A DNA stretch of 64,000 bases from NCBI GenBank assembly GCA_963675295.2, contig CAXXKJ010000002.1, positions 4,320,001 through 4,384,000 of the forward strand. The letters run 5' to 3'. The notes beneath the pieces are model-generated. The model was not told the DNA's origin. It did not search any database and saw only the letters and a program-made list of their open reading frames with translations. The DNA is from a bacterium. GTDB lineage: Bacteria; Electryoneota; Electryoneia; Electryoneales; Electryoneaceae. Shown piece after piece: positions 30,483 through 41,504 of the stretch. The position numbers and the translations under genes were made by a program. Positions within the stretch are counted from its first letter, which is position 1. Every line of letters begins with the position of its first letter.

Positions 30483-30585
30483 GGGGCTGTCCGGGTTGTG
30501 GATCGTGTTGTCCGACGCTGCACAACATACAACAGGGGCACTTTCTCCGAAAGTGCCCCTGAAAAGGTGAATTACACAACAGCGA

Positions 30586-31590
30586 TCAATCAAAATCCAC
30601 GAACGTCAGCCAGTTGGCCGGGTCGGGTTTACGTCCGTCGATGACGTCGAAGTAGGCTTCCTGCATCATCTTCGCGACCGGTCCGCGTTTGCCTTCGCCG
30701 ACCTTGATCTGGTCGATGCTGCGGATCGGGGTGACTTCGGACGCGGTCCCGGTGAAGAAGACTTCGTCCGCGATGTACAGCATTTCGCGCGGGATGATCT
30801 GTTCGACGATTTCGAGGCCCATTTCTTCGGCCAGTGTCAGGATCGTGTGACGGGTGATGCCCGGCAGCACGCTCGAGCCCAGCGGCGTGGTGATCAGCTG
30901 GTCCTTGCCGCCCTTGCCCTTGCCGTGGAAGACGACGAACAGGTTTTCGCCGGAGCCTTCCGACACGAAGCCGTTGGTGCTCATCGCGATGCCTTCGACG
31001 TAGCCGTTCTCGAGCGCGTCCATCTTGATCAGCTGGCTGTTCATGTAGTTCGCGCCGGTTTTGGCCAACGCCGGCAGGGTGTTCGGCGCGAAACGGTTCC
31101 AATTCGAGACGCATACGTCCACGCCCTGTTCCAACGCTTCCGGGCCGAGATACTTGCCCCAGCGCCAGGTCATGATGGTCAGGTCGACCGGGCACGGCCG
31201 TGGGTCAACCCCGAGGCTGGCGTAACCGCGGTAGAGCACCGGCCGGATGTACGCGTCCCGGTCGCCGTTCGCCTGGAGCGTGTCGATGCAGGCCTGAATC
31301 ATCTCATCGACCGAATATGTCAGGCGGCGGTCTTTGATCTTACGTTCCCGCAGCGGGGCTTCGTCGGGGGTCATCCGGTAGATTTTCGCCGAATTGTACA
31401 GCCGTTCGATGTGGTCCTTCAGCCGGAACACCACGCTCTTGCCGTCGGTCGATTCACGATGGTACATGCGAATGCCTTCGAACACGCTGGTTCCGTAGTG
31501 AATGACGTGCGCGCCGACATGGAGGGTAGCATCGTTCCAGTCCACCAGCTCGCCGTTCATCCAGATCTTGCCGCTTCCGTCGAAACCCAT
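30586..31590 (-). CDS. ilvE: Branched-chain amino acid aminotransferase
   Basis: HYGTSVFEGIR, YIRP, AKTGANYMNSQL, SEGSGENLF, LPGITR, ADEVFFTGTASEVTPI. Confidence 0.95.
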   Translation of the reverse strand: MGFDGSGKIWMNGELVDWNDATLHVGAHVIHYGTSVFEGIRMYHRESTDGKSVVFRLKDHIERLYNSAKIYRMTPDEAPLRERKIKDRRLTYSVDEMIQACIDTLQANGDRDAYIRPVLYRGYASLGVDPRPCPVDLTIMTWRWGKYLGPEALEQGVDVCVSNWNRFAPNTLPALAKTGANYMNSQLIKMDALENGYVEGIAMSTNGFVSEGSGENLFVVFHGKGKGGKDQLITTPLGSSVLPGITRHTILTLAEEMGLEIVEQIIPREMLYIADEVFFTGTASEVTPIRSIDQIKVGEGKRGPVAKMMQEAYFDVIDGRKPDPANWLTFVDFD

Positions 31591-31767
31591 GATCCGCCCC
31601 TTTCTTCTCAGTTTGGATGGTGTTGTGAGGATGTTGTCACAAAGATGAAAGGAGAAACCGCCCGGGGCAAGCGAGGCTCGGGCGGGGCTGTTGTGAGAAG
31701 CGTATATTGATTTCCGTAGAGTGATCAAAACCGGGCAGCTCAGATCCTTCTATGGGGGAAGAGAACC

Positions 31768-33600
31768 ATGCGACAGCTCGCCATAATTATTGTCACCATC
31801 TTTATTGCTACTGCTTCATCCGCGCAAGAGTGGACCAAACTCACCATTGATAGCAACTTCGCTGACGCTTGGGCCGTGTACGCAACGGATGTGGACTGTG
31901 ACGGCGACACCGACGTCCTCGGGGCAGCGCATGAAGGTGATGAAATCAAGTGGTGGGAGAACACAGATGGTTCCGGCTCGGCTTGGATCGAACACACCGT
32001 TGATGATGACTTCACTGGCGCATCATCTGTCTATGCAGCGGATGTAGACGGTGACGGCGACATCGACGTGTTGGGTTCGGCTACCGGTTGGCAAGAGGGT
32101 TTCAGATGGTGGGAGAACGCTGATGGTGTAGGCACGTCATGGACTGAACATAACATTATCGGCAACTTCAATCATGCGTACTCAGTGTATGCGGCGGACA
32201 TGGACGGAGACGGCGATATTGACGCGCTAGGAGCGTGGTCTTCCCGCGACTACATCACATGGTGGGAAAACGACAATGGCGTTGGCACGATGTGGACCGA
32301 ACACATCGTGGATGGCGACTTCGATGGCGCTTACTCAGCACTTGCCACAGATATTGACGGTGATGGCGACATAGATGTAGTGGCTGCTGCCTGGGTGAGC
32401 GACACTATAGCATGGTGGGAAAACGTTGATGGTGTGGGCACGATGTGGACCGAGCACATTGTGGATGGCAACTTTATTAGCGTTCTCTCTGTGTATGCTA
32501 CGGACATGGACGGGGACGGCGATATCGACGTGCTTGGAGGGGCGGGTTCTCCCCATAACCTCGCATGGTGGGAAAACGCCAATGGTGGGGGCACGCAGTG
32601 GATAGAACACACTGTGGACGGCGACTTCTTTTGCAATTCTGTGTACGCAACCGACGTTGACGGAGATGGCGACACTGATGTGCTGGGTGCGAATTTCTCT
32701 GATGGCGAAATTGTGTGGTGGGAAAACGCCAATGGTGTAGGTACAATGTGGACCGAACATATCTTGGATGACTGGTTCTATGGCGCTAATTCCGTATACG
32801 CAACGGATGTGGACAGTGACGGCGACACCGACATCCTCGGTGCGGCGTCCATTAACGAGATCGCCTGGTGGGAACAGCCCGGATCTCCTTACCCTGACCT
32901 GATTGAAATATCCCTTGTATCTGTTCAACCGATTCAAGTACCTCGTGGTGGTAGTTTCCAATACGAAGCCCTTGTAACCAGCAACCTTCCATCCCCGTAC
33001 AATGTGGATTTCTGGACCTACGTCATCCTGCCGAACGGTTCGCCGTATGGCCCCTTGCAGCAGCTCAACAACGTTCCGATGACACCTGCGACCATCATTG
33101 GACCAGTCAACCTGGGACTTGCCATTCCGCAGAACGCTTTTCTCGGTGAATACTCATTCCACATGCAGGCTGGCCGATTCCCGACAACAATCGTCGGTGA
33201 AGACGAGTTCCCCTTTGAAGTTGTTGCCGCAACCGGCACAAGCGGCTTGCCTTCCACCGATTGGTCAGCATGGGGACTGGAACAACTGTACCAGACTGGT
33301 AGCGAACAAATGGTTGCTGATGTGGGCACACCTGCTACCTACTCGCTTTCTGATGCCTACCCCAACCCGTTCAACGCAGCCACAACCCTGACCGTGAACC
33401 TGCCAGCGTCGTCTGAGCTGCAGGTGACTGTTTACAATTTACAGGGACGCCATGTCGCTGAACTGGCCAACGGTTCATATACCACCGGCACACACCGCTT
33501 CACCTTTGACGCATCCACCCTCGCCAGCGGCCTGTACTTCGTCCGTGCGACAGCACCCGGTCAATTCGAGCAAACGCAGAAGCTGGTGCTGATGCGATAG
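31768..33600 (+). CDS. FG-GAP repeat beta-propeller + Ig-like module + CTD
   Basis: Seven ~49-aa repeats SVYATD.DGDGD.DVLGA...WWEN; VPRGGSFQY module; YPNPFN CTD. Confidence 0.9.
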   Translation: MRQLAIIIVTIFIATASSAQEWTKLTIDSNFADAWAVYATDVDCDGDTDVLGAAHEGDEIKWWENTDGSGSAWIEHTVDDDFTGASSVYAADVDGDGDIDVLGSATGWQEGFRWWENADGVGTSWTEHNIIGNFNHAYSVYAADMDGDGDIDALGAWSSRDYITWWENDNGVGTMWTEHIVDGDFDGAYSALATDIDGDGDIDVVAAAWVSDTIAWWENVDGVGTMWTEHIVDGNFISVLSVYATDMDGDGDIDVLGGAGSPHNLAWWENANGGGTQWIEHTVDGDFFCNSVYATDVDGDGDTDVLGANFSDGEIVWWENANGVGTMWTEHILDDWFYGANSVYATDVDSDGDTDILGAASINEIAWWEQPGSPYPDLIEISLVSVQPIQVPRGGSFQYEALVTSNLPSPYNVDFWTYVILPNGSPYGPLQQLNNVPMTPATIIGPVNLGLAIPQNAFLGEYSFHMQAGRFPTTIVGEDEFPFEVVAATGTSGLPSTDWSAWGLEQLYQTGSEQMVADVGTPATYSLSDAYPNPFNAATTLTVNLPASSELQVTVYNLQGRHVAELANGSYTTGTHRFTFDASTLASGLYFVRATAPGQFEQTQKLVLMR

Positions 33601-33638
33601 GTAACGGGTATCCGTGAAGAGAAGCACACGAAGTTAGT

Positions 33639-34280
33639 TTATCCCGTCCATTCAATTTCCATCCACTCCGGCGGGTTGGGCGGTGAAGGCGTATCGGGAT
33701 ACGTCAACCCGTTCAGGTGTTGCAGCAGGGCGCGTAGTGTTCCCCGATGGGCGACGATCAGCAGCGGCTGGTTGTCCCAACGTGCGAGCGCGGCGTTGAC
33801 CGCGTCGACCGCACGGCTGCGCATCTCGATCAACGTTTCGCCTTCCGGTGGTGCCCATTCTTCGTAATGCCACAGCTTGTGGTTGGGATCTTTGGCGGAC
33901 GCGTCTTTCCACAACGCCGGATCGTTGCCGAGGTCTTCGTACGGCCGGCCGGTCCATTCGCCGTAGTTGCGTTCACGCAGGCCCGGGTCGGTTTCGACGG
34001 GCAGGTTGAGCGCCTTGTTCAGCAGCTTGGTGGTACGGTGTGCGCGGTAGAGGTCGCTGGAGATGATCGCGACGGGCCGGATCAGGCTTTCCTCGCCCGG
34101 TTCCGCAGTCGGGTCGATCTCCGGGTCGAAGTAGCGTTGTTTGAGACGCCGGCCCAGTTCATGCGCCTGGTCGACGCCTTCATGTGTCAGATCAACATCA
34201 TTCCGCCAGCCGGAGATCCACTTGCCGACGTTGGCCGTGGTCTGGGCGTGACGGGCGAGCAGCAGCGGTATCGTTTCCAT
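33639..34280 (-). CDS. Histidine phosphatase (phosphoglycerate mutase-like) family protein
   Basis: LARHAQT, SSDLYRA..T, LRERNYGEWTG, VAHRG. Confidence 0.9.
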   Translation of the reverse strand: METIPLLLARHAQTTANVGKWISGWRNDVDLTHEGVDQAHELGRRLKQRYFDPEIDPTAEPGEESLIRPVAIISSDLYRAHRTTKLLNKALNLPVETDPGLRERNYGEWTGRPYEDLGNDPALWKDASAKDPNHKLWHYEEWAPPEGETLIEMRSRAVDAVNAALARWDNQPLLIVAHRGTLRALLQHLNGLTYPDTPSPPNPPEWMEIEWTG

Positions 34281-34348
34281 GCAGGAAGCTACAGAAAAAG
34301 GGCGCCGCAGCGCGACGCCCATGACGGTCTCTGAAGTCGATATCGAAC

Positions 34349-35494
34349 CTACTTCTCGTCGAGAATACTCCGTGCGATCACGATCCGCTGGATCTCGTTG
34401 GTGCCTTCGTAGATCTCGGTAATCTTGGCGTCACGCAACATCCGCTCCACCGGATAATCCTTGGTGTAGCCGTAGCCGCCGTGGATCTGGATCGCTTCCA
34501 GCGCGCAGTACGTAGCAGTTTCAGAGCAATACACCTTTGCCATCGCCGCTTCCTGGTTGAACGACAACCCGTTGTCCTTGCGCCACGCGGCGTAGCGCAG
34601 CAGCTGACGGGCGGCGGTGATGCGTGTACCCATGTCCGCGATCTTGTTACGGATCGCCTGGAATTTGCTGATCGACTTGCCGAACTGGACACGTTCCTTC
34701 GAATACTGCACCGCGGCCTCGAACGCACCCTGCGCGATGCCCAATCCCTGGGCGGCGACACCCATGCGGCCGCTGTCCAGCGCGGACAACATGATCTTGA
34801 AGCCGTCACCAGGCTTGCCGACGATGTTCGCCGCCGGGACACGCACATCCTGCAACGTCAACGACACGGTGTCGGTGGCGCGAATGCCCATCTTCTCTTC
34901 CGGCTTGCCGATCTCGATGCCCGGCGTATCTTTGGGGACGACGAACGTGGTCGTGCCACGGTGTCCGGATTCCGGATCGGTCTTCACAACCATCATGTAC
35001 GCGTCGCAGTTCTTCCCGTTGGTGATCCAGTTCTTCGATCCGTTGATCACCCACTCGTCGCCGTCCTGCTCGGCGGTCGTGGTCATCGCGGCGGCGTCCG
35101 ACCCCGAACCCGGCTCGGTCAGGCAGAAGGCACCCAGCCACTCGCCGGTCGCGAACTTCTTGAGGAAGTTTTCCTTGATGTAGTCGTTGCCGTGCTTTTC
35201 GAGGGCGTAGCAAACGAGGGAATTGTTGACCGAGCAGATGATCTCGGTGGACGGGTCGACCCGTGCGAGCTCTTCCATCGCGGTGATGTAGGTGACGGTG
35301 TCAAAGCCCGATCCGCCCCACTCTTCGCTGACGATCATCCCCATGAACCCGAGCTCACCAAGCTTCTGGATCGCCTCACGGGGGAAGATTTCCTTCTCAT
35401 CACGTTCCGCGACTCCGGGCCGCAGTTCATTTTCAGCGAAATCTCGTGCGGTCTGGCGCACCATCTCCTGCTCTTCAGTCAGCCGGAAGTCCAT
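34349..35494 (-). CDS. Acyl-CoA dehydrogenase
   Basis: FCLTEPGSGSDA, INGSKNWITNG, QIHGGYGYTKDYPVER.LRDAKITEIYEGTNEIQR. Confidence 0.95.
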   Translation of the reverse strand: MDFRLTEEQEMVRQTARDFAENELRPGVAERDEKEIFPREAIQKLGELGFMGMIVSEEWGGSGFDTVTYITAMEELARVDPSTEIICSVNNSLVCYALEKHGNDYIKENFLKKFATGEWLGAFCLTEPGSGSDAAAMTTTAEQDGDEWVINGSKNWITNGKNCDAYMMVVKTDPESGHRGTTTFVVPKDTPGIEIGKPEEKMGIRATDTVSLTLQDVRVPAANIVGKPGDGFKIMLSALDSGRMGVAAQGLGIAQGAFEAAVQYSKERVQFGKSISKFQAIRNKIADMGTRITAARQLLRYAAWRKDNGLSFNQEAAMAKVYCSETATYCALEAIQIHGGYGYTKDYPVERMLRDAKITEIYEGTNEIQRIVIARSILDEK

Positions 35495-35660
35495 GTTCTC
35501 CTCGTTCACAATTGGTTGCAACGTCTCGGGTTAACGATCCCCCCTGGCGCACATCGGCAACAGGAGTTGCCGGGCCTAGAAGTATACGCAACCGGTCCAA
35601 GCTGTGCCAACTGAACGAACAGCGGCAGCCACCCTCATCCCCAGTGACGATCCTTTTAGT

Positions 35661-35673
35661 AATCAAATGGTTA
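35661..35673 (+). promoter_or_regulatory. IHF-like binding site in the divergent intergenic region
   Basis: AATCAAATGGTTA matches WATCAANNNNTTR exactly; another exact match at 58361-58373. Confidence 0.4.
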
Positions 35674-35810
35674 CAACGTATGGACCGTTGTCCAGCCGCC
35701 TCTCGAGGGCGGCCAGGAAATTGCAAAAAAACGACATCCTGCCTAGGGATCAGGGTTAGGCTTGATTTACTTTTACGCATCACATGTGGGCATACAGGGA
35801 GAGAGAAACG

Positions 35811-37511
35811 ATGAGACAGATCAGTGGAGTTCTGCTTGTGGCACTGTTGGCTGCTGCATGCGCATACGGACAGGCGATTCCGCCAATCAACCTGAGCGCC
35901 GAATTGTTGCAGGCCGGCGAAGTGTCCCTGACCTGGGAGGAGCCGCCGGACGGACTGTTCGAAGATTTCAATGACGGCCTGGCGCAGGGATTTGTCTGGG
36001 AACTGTTTAATGGTTCGCTGCTGATCGAAGAAGGGTATGCCAAGGTCGATGTCACCAACAACGGGTCGGACTGGGGCTCGGCATATTACGAACCGGTGCA
36101 GTTCGACAACTTCACCGCGGAAATCACATATGAAGAAGTCGTCAGCACCTACTCGCGCGGCATGATCTTCCGCACTGACGGCCCGCTCGACAGCGATTGC
36201 AACGGTTACGGCTACTGGACAGCGGGCGGCAGCTATTCCGTCTGGAAGATGACCGGCGGCAACTTCAGCAACCTGGTTTCCTGGACCAGCAGCGCGCTGA
36301 TCAACACGGGCACCGGCGCCGTGAATACGCTGAAAATCATTGCCGACGGCAACAGCTTCACGCTATACATCAACGGTACACAAGTGAACTCGTTTACCGA
36401 CGACAGTTACTCGACCGGCTATGTCGGCCCGGTGACCGCGTACACCAACATCGTGTGGTACGACGAGATGAGCTGTGTCCTCGGTGCGATTCCCGTCCCT
36501 GATGACACACCGGTTCTCCACGGACAGCCGCTACTGGGCGACTTCGATCCGATGGGCCGCCCGTTGAACGACGTCGCAGTGCGTGAGCAGCAGCAGATGC
36601 TGGCGACCGCGCAGTCCGGCAACCCCAGCGGCGGCGATCTCAACGAGATCGACGAGTTCATCGAATACCGCATCTACCGCGACGGAACGTATCTCGGCAG
36701 CTCGACGACCGAAGCCTACACCGACAACCTGCCGCAGCCGGGCGAATACAACTACACCGTGACGGCGTACTACGATCCGGAAGGGGAATCGTCCCCGGCC
36801 GGCCCGCTACTGGTCAACTGGGAACCGGTGGTCCTGACCCTTACCGGACAGATCACCTCGGTTCCGCCGCAGGGTGGGTTGATTTACTACGATGTCTCGG
36901 TCTGGAATACGCTGCCGCAGACATTTAACAACGTCGACTGGTGGACGACGGTGGAATTCCCCAACGGCCAGGAGTTCGGTCCGTTGATGCAGATGAATGT
37001 GACCATCCCCGGCTTCCTCAACACGACGGTTCAGGGCCTGACCCAGAACATTCCGGCTCTCGCGCCGGGCGGCCAGTACATCTTCACCGGTCACATGGGC
37101 AACTACCCCAACAGCATCCTGCATGATAGCTTCACCTTTGAGAAGCAGGGTGTAGGCACCGACGTCATCAGCTTTAACCCGGAAGACTGGATCGGATCGG
37201 AATTCACGCTCGCGTCGGATGAAGCGTCAGTAACCGGTCTACCGTCCGCCTATACACTGAGTGCAGCCTACCCGAACCCGTTCAACCCGAGCACCTCGTT
37301 CAGCGTCAGCCTGCCGGATGCGGCTGACCTGACGGTCACGGTGTACAACATCGCCGGCCAACGTGTCGCGACCCTCGCGGACGGTATGACCAGCGCTGGT
37401 CAGCACGAATTCACCTTCGACGCGCACGGCCTCGCCAGCGGTCTGTACTTCGTGCAGGCGGTGGTCCCGGGTCAGCTGAACCAGATCCGCAAGGTGACCT
37501 TGCTGCGCTAG
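35811..37511 (+). CDS. Family B paralog 1: split FN3 / DUF1080-like lectin-fold insert / Ig-like module / CTD
   Basis: Signal peptide; PPINL...VSLTWEEPP; beta-sandwich NTLKI...FTLYING..V; YRIYRDG...YTVTAYY...ES; PNPFNP CTD. Confidence 0.88.
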   Translation: MRQISGVLLVALLAAACAYGQAIPPINLSAELLQAGEVSLTWEEPPDGLFEDFNDGLAQGFVWELFNGSLLIEEGYAKVDVTNNGSDWGSAYYEPVQFDNFTAEITYEEVVSTYSRGMIFRTDGPLDSDCNGYGYWTAGGSYSVWKMTGGNFSNLVSWTSSALINTGTGAVNTLKIIADGNSFTLYINGTQVNSFTDDSYSTGYVGPVTAYTNIVWYDEMSCVLGAIPVPDDTPVLHGQPLLGDFDPMGRPLNDVAVREQQQMLATAQSGNPSGGDLNEIDEFIEYRIYRDGTYLGSSTTEAYTDNLPQPGEYNYTVTAYYDPEGESSPAGPLLVNWEPVVLTLTGQITSVPPQGGLIYYDVSVWNTLPQTFNNVDWWTTVEFPNGQEFGPLMQMNVTIPGFLNTTVQGLTQNIPALAPGGQYIFTGHMGNYPNSILHDSFTFEKQGVGTDVISFNPEDWIGSEFTLASDEASVTGLPSAYTLSAAYPNPFNPSTSFSVSLPDAADLTVTVYNIAGQRVATLADGMTSAGQHEFTFDAHGLASGLYFVQAVVPGQLNQIRKVTLLR

Positions 37512-37533
37512 TCACGCGTTTCACAGGTTTTTC

Positions 37534-37567
37534 AAGGGGAAACGGGCAGTTTGGCCGTCTCCCTTTT
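37534..37567 (+). terminator. Intrinsic terminator
   Basis: GC hairpin + T tract, nearly identical to 39398-39432. Confidence 0.7.
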
Positions 37568-37686
37568 ATGCTCCCAACTGCTCCATATGCTTGAAAAAAA
37601 TACTGAAAAGCGCAGATTCTCGAGTCTTTCTGGCAGATTGAGCTGTATTTTTATGTTCGTCATGAGGGATTACATGTGAGGGAGAG

Positions 37687-39375
37687 ATGAGAACGTATCT
37701 GGTGCTGTTGCTGGGTTTGCTGATCGTCGGCAGTGCGTTCGGGCAGGCCGTGCCGCCGATCAATCTGCAGGCTGAGTTATTGCAGGGGGGCAATGTTTCG
37801 CTGACGTGGGATCCGCCACCGGATGGTCTGGTCGAGGACTTTGAGGACGGCCTGGCGCAGGATTTCGACTGGTTTGCTCCAGGCGGGACCTATGTCATTG
37901 AGGATGGATACGCGAAGATTGACATGACCACTGGAAGCGATTGGGGATCTGGGGTCTACACTGGCGTAACCTTTGACAACCTGACAGTTTCTACCACTTT
38001 CGAGTACGTTGAGGGTCAGTTGTCGCGCGGCCTGTTGTTCCGTGCCGATGGCCCGAAGGACTCGGATTACACAGGCTACGGCTACTGGATCGCGCACACG
38101 TTGGATGCCTACTCCCTGTGGAAATACAATAATGGCGCGATTACGAACGTCGTCCCCTGGACCGATAGCGCGTTGATCAATGACGGCGTCGGTGCGATCA
38201 ACACGTTGACCTTGACCGCTGACGGTTCAACCTTCGACATGTACATCAATGGTACCTATGTCAGCTCCGTCACGGACGCCTCCCACGCCTCCGGGTATGT
38301 CGGTATCGTCTCCGCCTACGACAACGAAGTCTGGTACGACGACATCACCGGCCTGTTCGGCATCGTGCCGCCGGGCACGGATAACGTGGAAATCGGCACC
38401 CCGATCGCCGGCAATTATGACGATCTCGGCCGTCCCACCGACCAGGTGTACACGCCGTCCGGCACCGTCTTCAACAAGTACGAACAGGGCTGGTCGTCCT
38501 CCAACGAGATCGACGAATTCGTTGAGTATCGCGTCTACCTTGACGGTGACTACGTTGGGTCAACCACAACCGAATCCTTTGACGATACGCTGCCATCGCT
38601 GGGCGAGCACACCTACACCGTGACTGCTTTTTACGATCCGGAAGGTGAATCGTCCCCGGCCGGCCCGGTCCTGGTGAATTGGGAACCGGTGGTCTTGACC
38701 CTTACCGGGCAGGTCACCACTGTCCCACCGGAGGGCGGTATGATTTTCTACGACGTGTCCATCTGGAACACGTTGCCGCAATCCTTCCCGAACGTCAACT
38801 GGTGGACCGAGGTCGAGCTGCCGAACGGTCAGTTGTTCGGCCCGTTGATGACCCGCACGGTCACCATTCCGGGCTTCCTCGACATTACCGTGCAGGCGAT
38901 GAACCAGGACATTCCGAGTCTCGCCCCCGGCGGCGAGTACATCTTCTACGGGCACTTGGGCCATTACCCGACAAGCCTGCTGATGGACAGTTTTACGTTT
39001 ACCAAGGAAGGTGTGGCCACGGACAACATTGAGTTTGATCCGGAGCACTGGGCCGCCGGCGGCGAGTTCAGCATCGCGGCCGATGGCGAAACCGTCGTCT
39101 CGCAACCGTCAACCTACGCGTTGAGCTCAGCATGGCCAAACCCGTTCAACCCGAGCACCTCGTTCAGTGTCAGCCTGCCGGATGCGGCTGACCTGACGGT
39201 CACGGTGTACAACATCGCCGGCCAACGTGTCGCGACCCTCGCGGATGGCATGACCAGCGCCGGACAGCATCAGTACACCTTCGACGCGCACGGCCTCGCC
39301 AGCGGCCTGTACTTCGTGCAGGCGGTGGTCCCGGGTCAGCTGAACGAGATCCGCAAGGTGACCTTGCTGCGCTAG
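37687..39375 (+). CDS. Family B paralog 2
   Basis: Same architecture, 562 aa. Confidence 0.88.
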   Translation: MRTYLVLLLGLLIVGSAFGQAVPPINLQAELLQGGNVSLTWDPPPDGLVEDFEDGLAQDFDWFAPGGTYVIEDGYAKIDMTTGSDWGSGVYTGVTFDNLTVSTTFEYVEGQLSRGLLFRADGPKDSDYTGYGYWIAHTLDAYSLWKYNNGAITNVVPWTDSALINDGVGAINTLTLTADGSTFDMYINGTYVSSVTDASHASGYVGIVSAYDNEVWYDDITGLFGIVPPGTDNVEIGTPIAGNYDDLGRPTDQVYTPSGTVFNKYEQGWSSSNEIDEFVEYRVYLDGDYVGSTTTESFDDTLPSLGEHTYTVTAFYDPEGESSPAGPVLVNWEPVVLTLTGQVTTVPPEGGMIFYDVSIWNTLPQSFPNVNWWTEVELPNGQLFGPLMTRTVTIPGFLDITVQAMNQDIPSLAPGGEYIFYGHLGHYPTSLLMDSFTFTKEGVATDNIEFDPEHWAAGGEFSIAADGETVVSQPSTYALSSAWPNPFNPSTSFSVSLPDAADLTVTVYNIAGQRVATLADGMTSAGQHQYTFDAHGLASGLYFVQAVVPGQLNEIRKVTLLR

Positions 39376-39397
39376 TCACGCGTTTCACAGGTTTTTC

Positions 39398-39432
39398 AAG
39401 GGGAGACGGGCAGTTTGGCCGTCTCCCTTTTT
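39398..39432 (+). terminator. Intrinsic terminator
   Basis: gggagacgg/ccgtctccc hairpin + T tract. Confidence 0.75.
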
Positions 39433-39633
39433 ATCCGCCAAACTGCCGCGCTGCTTGTTAGACAGTGAGTTCAGCTGCTTCTTCTTCCTTGAGTGGTTCA
39501 ATGTCTCTCGCGGCAATTCAGAAAAAACTGGAAACAATGAGAAAACAGTTCTCAGCAACCCGGAGATGCGTTAGATTCCAGCAAACCTGAGAAAGTTGGA
39601 GAAAACCGTTTTCGTTTACAGGGGGAGGTTAAG

Positions 39634-41301
39634 ATGCGTTTCCTGGCAGCGTTGTGTGTCGTATGCCTGTTGGTGGGAGTTTCGGTCGGGCAGGTTGTCC
39701 CACCGATCAACCTGGAGGCTGAGCTGTTGCAGGCCGGAGAAGTGGCACTCACTTGGGATGCACCACCGGACGGGTTAGTTGAAGATTTTGAGGACGGATT
39801 GGCTCAGGATTTCGAGTTCTATCCTGACCCCAATGACTTCATCGTCCAGGATGGATACCTCAAGATGTTGACCAGTTCGGCCTGGCAGTGTGCCTGGTAC
39901 ACCGGCATGCAGTTCACGGATTTCGACATGGAAGCCACGTTCCAGAATGTCGCCAGCAACAATTCCCGCGGTATCCAGTTCCGTGCGGACGGACCCCGGG
40001 ATACCGATTACAACGGCTACAATTTCTATGTCGCCTTGACATCCGGCAACTATTCCATCTACAAGTTTGTCAACGGTTCAAGTTCCACGCCGATTTCGTG
40101 GACGACCAGTCCGTACGTCAACACCGGACAGGGAGAAACCAACACCCTGCGAGTCGTCGGGTCCGGCAACTCCTTTGACTTGTATATCAACGGGAATTAC
40201 GTCGATTCCTTCACCGACGACGATCACCCGTCTGGCATGGTCAGCTGCATTGCGTCCAGCGCGGCAACGGTCTGGTACGATGAGATTACCTGCATTCCGG
40301 CGGCAACACTGGTTCCCGCATCGATGCATCCGCAGGAAACGGTACCAAGTATCGAGTGCGATGAGCAGGGACAGCCGCTGGATGGACGGATTGTCGATCT
40401 GATCCAGCCGCGTATTCCCGTCACCCCGGTTTCGCGCGAAATCGATGAGTTCATCGAATACCGCATCTATCGCGACAACGTTCAGATCGGTACCTCGACG
40501 ACCGAAAGCTACACCGACAATCTGCCGTCGATAGGCGAGTACACCTATACCGTAACCGCCTACTACGACGAAGGCGAATCCAGCCATTCGAATGAGGCTG
40601 TGGTGAACTGGCAGTTGGTGTTCCTCGACCTCACCGGTCAGATTACCCAGATCCCGCCGGAGGGCGGTACGGTCTTCTACGACGCGCACGTGTGGAACAC
40701 CACCGCGCAGACATTCCAGAACGTTCGTTACTGGACTATGGTGGAACTGCCGAACTCACAGGTGTTTGGTCCGCTGACCATGGTCAACGTGAACATCACT
40801 GGCTTCATGAACACGACGGTTCAGGGCCTGACTCAGGATATTCCGGTGTACGCGCCGGAAGGAACCTACACCCTCACCGGTCATCTCGGTTTCTACCCGG
40901 TCAGCTACCTCAGTGACAGCTTCGAATTCGAGAAGCTGGGCACGGGTGTTGACGCGGTGGACTTCAATCCGTCGGACTGGTCCGGTTCTGCTCTGACTCT
41001 GGCGTCGGATGATGAAGCGGCTGTTTCGCTGCCGTCAGCCTACGCGTTGAGTGCAGCGTACCCGAACCCGTTCAACCCGAGCACCTCGTTCAGCGTCAGC
41101 CTGCCCGAATCGGCTGAGCTGACGGTCACGGTCTACAACATCGCCGGTCAGCGTGTCGCGACCCTCGCGGACGGCATGACCAGCGCCGGACAGCATGAGT
41201 ACACCTTCGACGCGCACGGCCTCGCCAGCGGCCTGTACTTCGTGCAGGCAGTGGTTCCGGGCCAGCTGAACGTGATCCGCAAGATCACGCTGCTGCGATA
41301 A
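39634..41301 (+). CDS. Family B paralog 3
   Basis: Same architecture, 555 aa; ggaggt RBS. Confidence 0.88.
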   Translation: MRFLAALCVVCLLVGVSVGQVVPPINLEAELLQAGEVALTWDAPPDGLVEDFEDGLAQDFEFYPDPNDFIVQDGYLKMLTSSAWQCAWYTGMQFTDFDMEATFQNVASNNSRGIQFRADGPRDTDYNGYNFYVALTSGNYSIYKFVNGSSSTPISWTTSPYVNTGQGETNTLRVVGSGNSFDLYINGNYVDSFTDDDHPSGMVSCIASSAATVWYDEITCIPAATLVPASMHPQETVPSIECDEQGQPLDGRIVDLIQPRIPVTPVSREIDEFIEYRIYRDNVQIGTSTTESYTDNLPSIGEYTYTVTAYYDEGESSHSNEAVVNWQLVFLDLTGQITQIPPEGGTVFYDAHVWNTTAQTFQNVRYWTMVELPNSQVFGPLTMVNVNITGFMNTTVQGLTQDIPVYAPEGTYTLTGHLGFYPVSYLSDSFEFEKLGTGVDAVDFNPSDWSGSALTLASDDEAAVSLPSAYALSAAYPNPFNPSTSFSVSLPESAELTVTVYNIAGQRVATLADGMTSAGQHEYTFDAHGLASGLYFVQAVVPGQLNVIRKITLLR

Positions 41302-41326
41302 ATACTGGCTTTTCTGGAGTCGAACA

Positions 41327-41362
41327 CGGGGAACCGGCAGATTCGCCGGTTCCCCGCTTTTT
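41327..41362 (+). terminator. Intrinsic terminator
   Basis: cggggaaccggc/gccggttccccg hairpin + T tract. Confidence 0.75.
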
Positions 41363-41504
41363 CCAAGGGAAGCAGTGTGGAGACCGAGCCGCTTCGGCTC
41401 TGATCCACCAACAAGAATTTATCGTTTCCACGGTACAGCCGTGATCTGGCAGCGAATCAGGTAGTACGTTATGCCAGCTTAACGGTAACCAAAGGGAGGG
41501 AAAG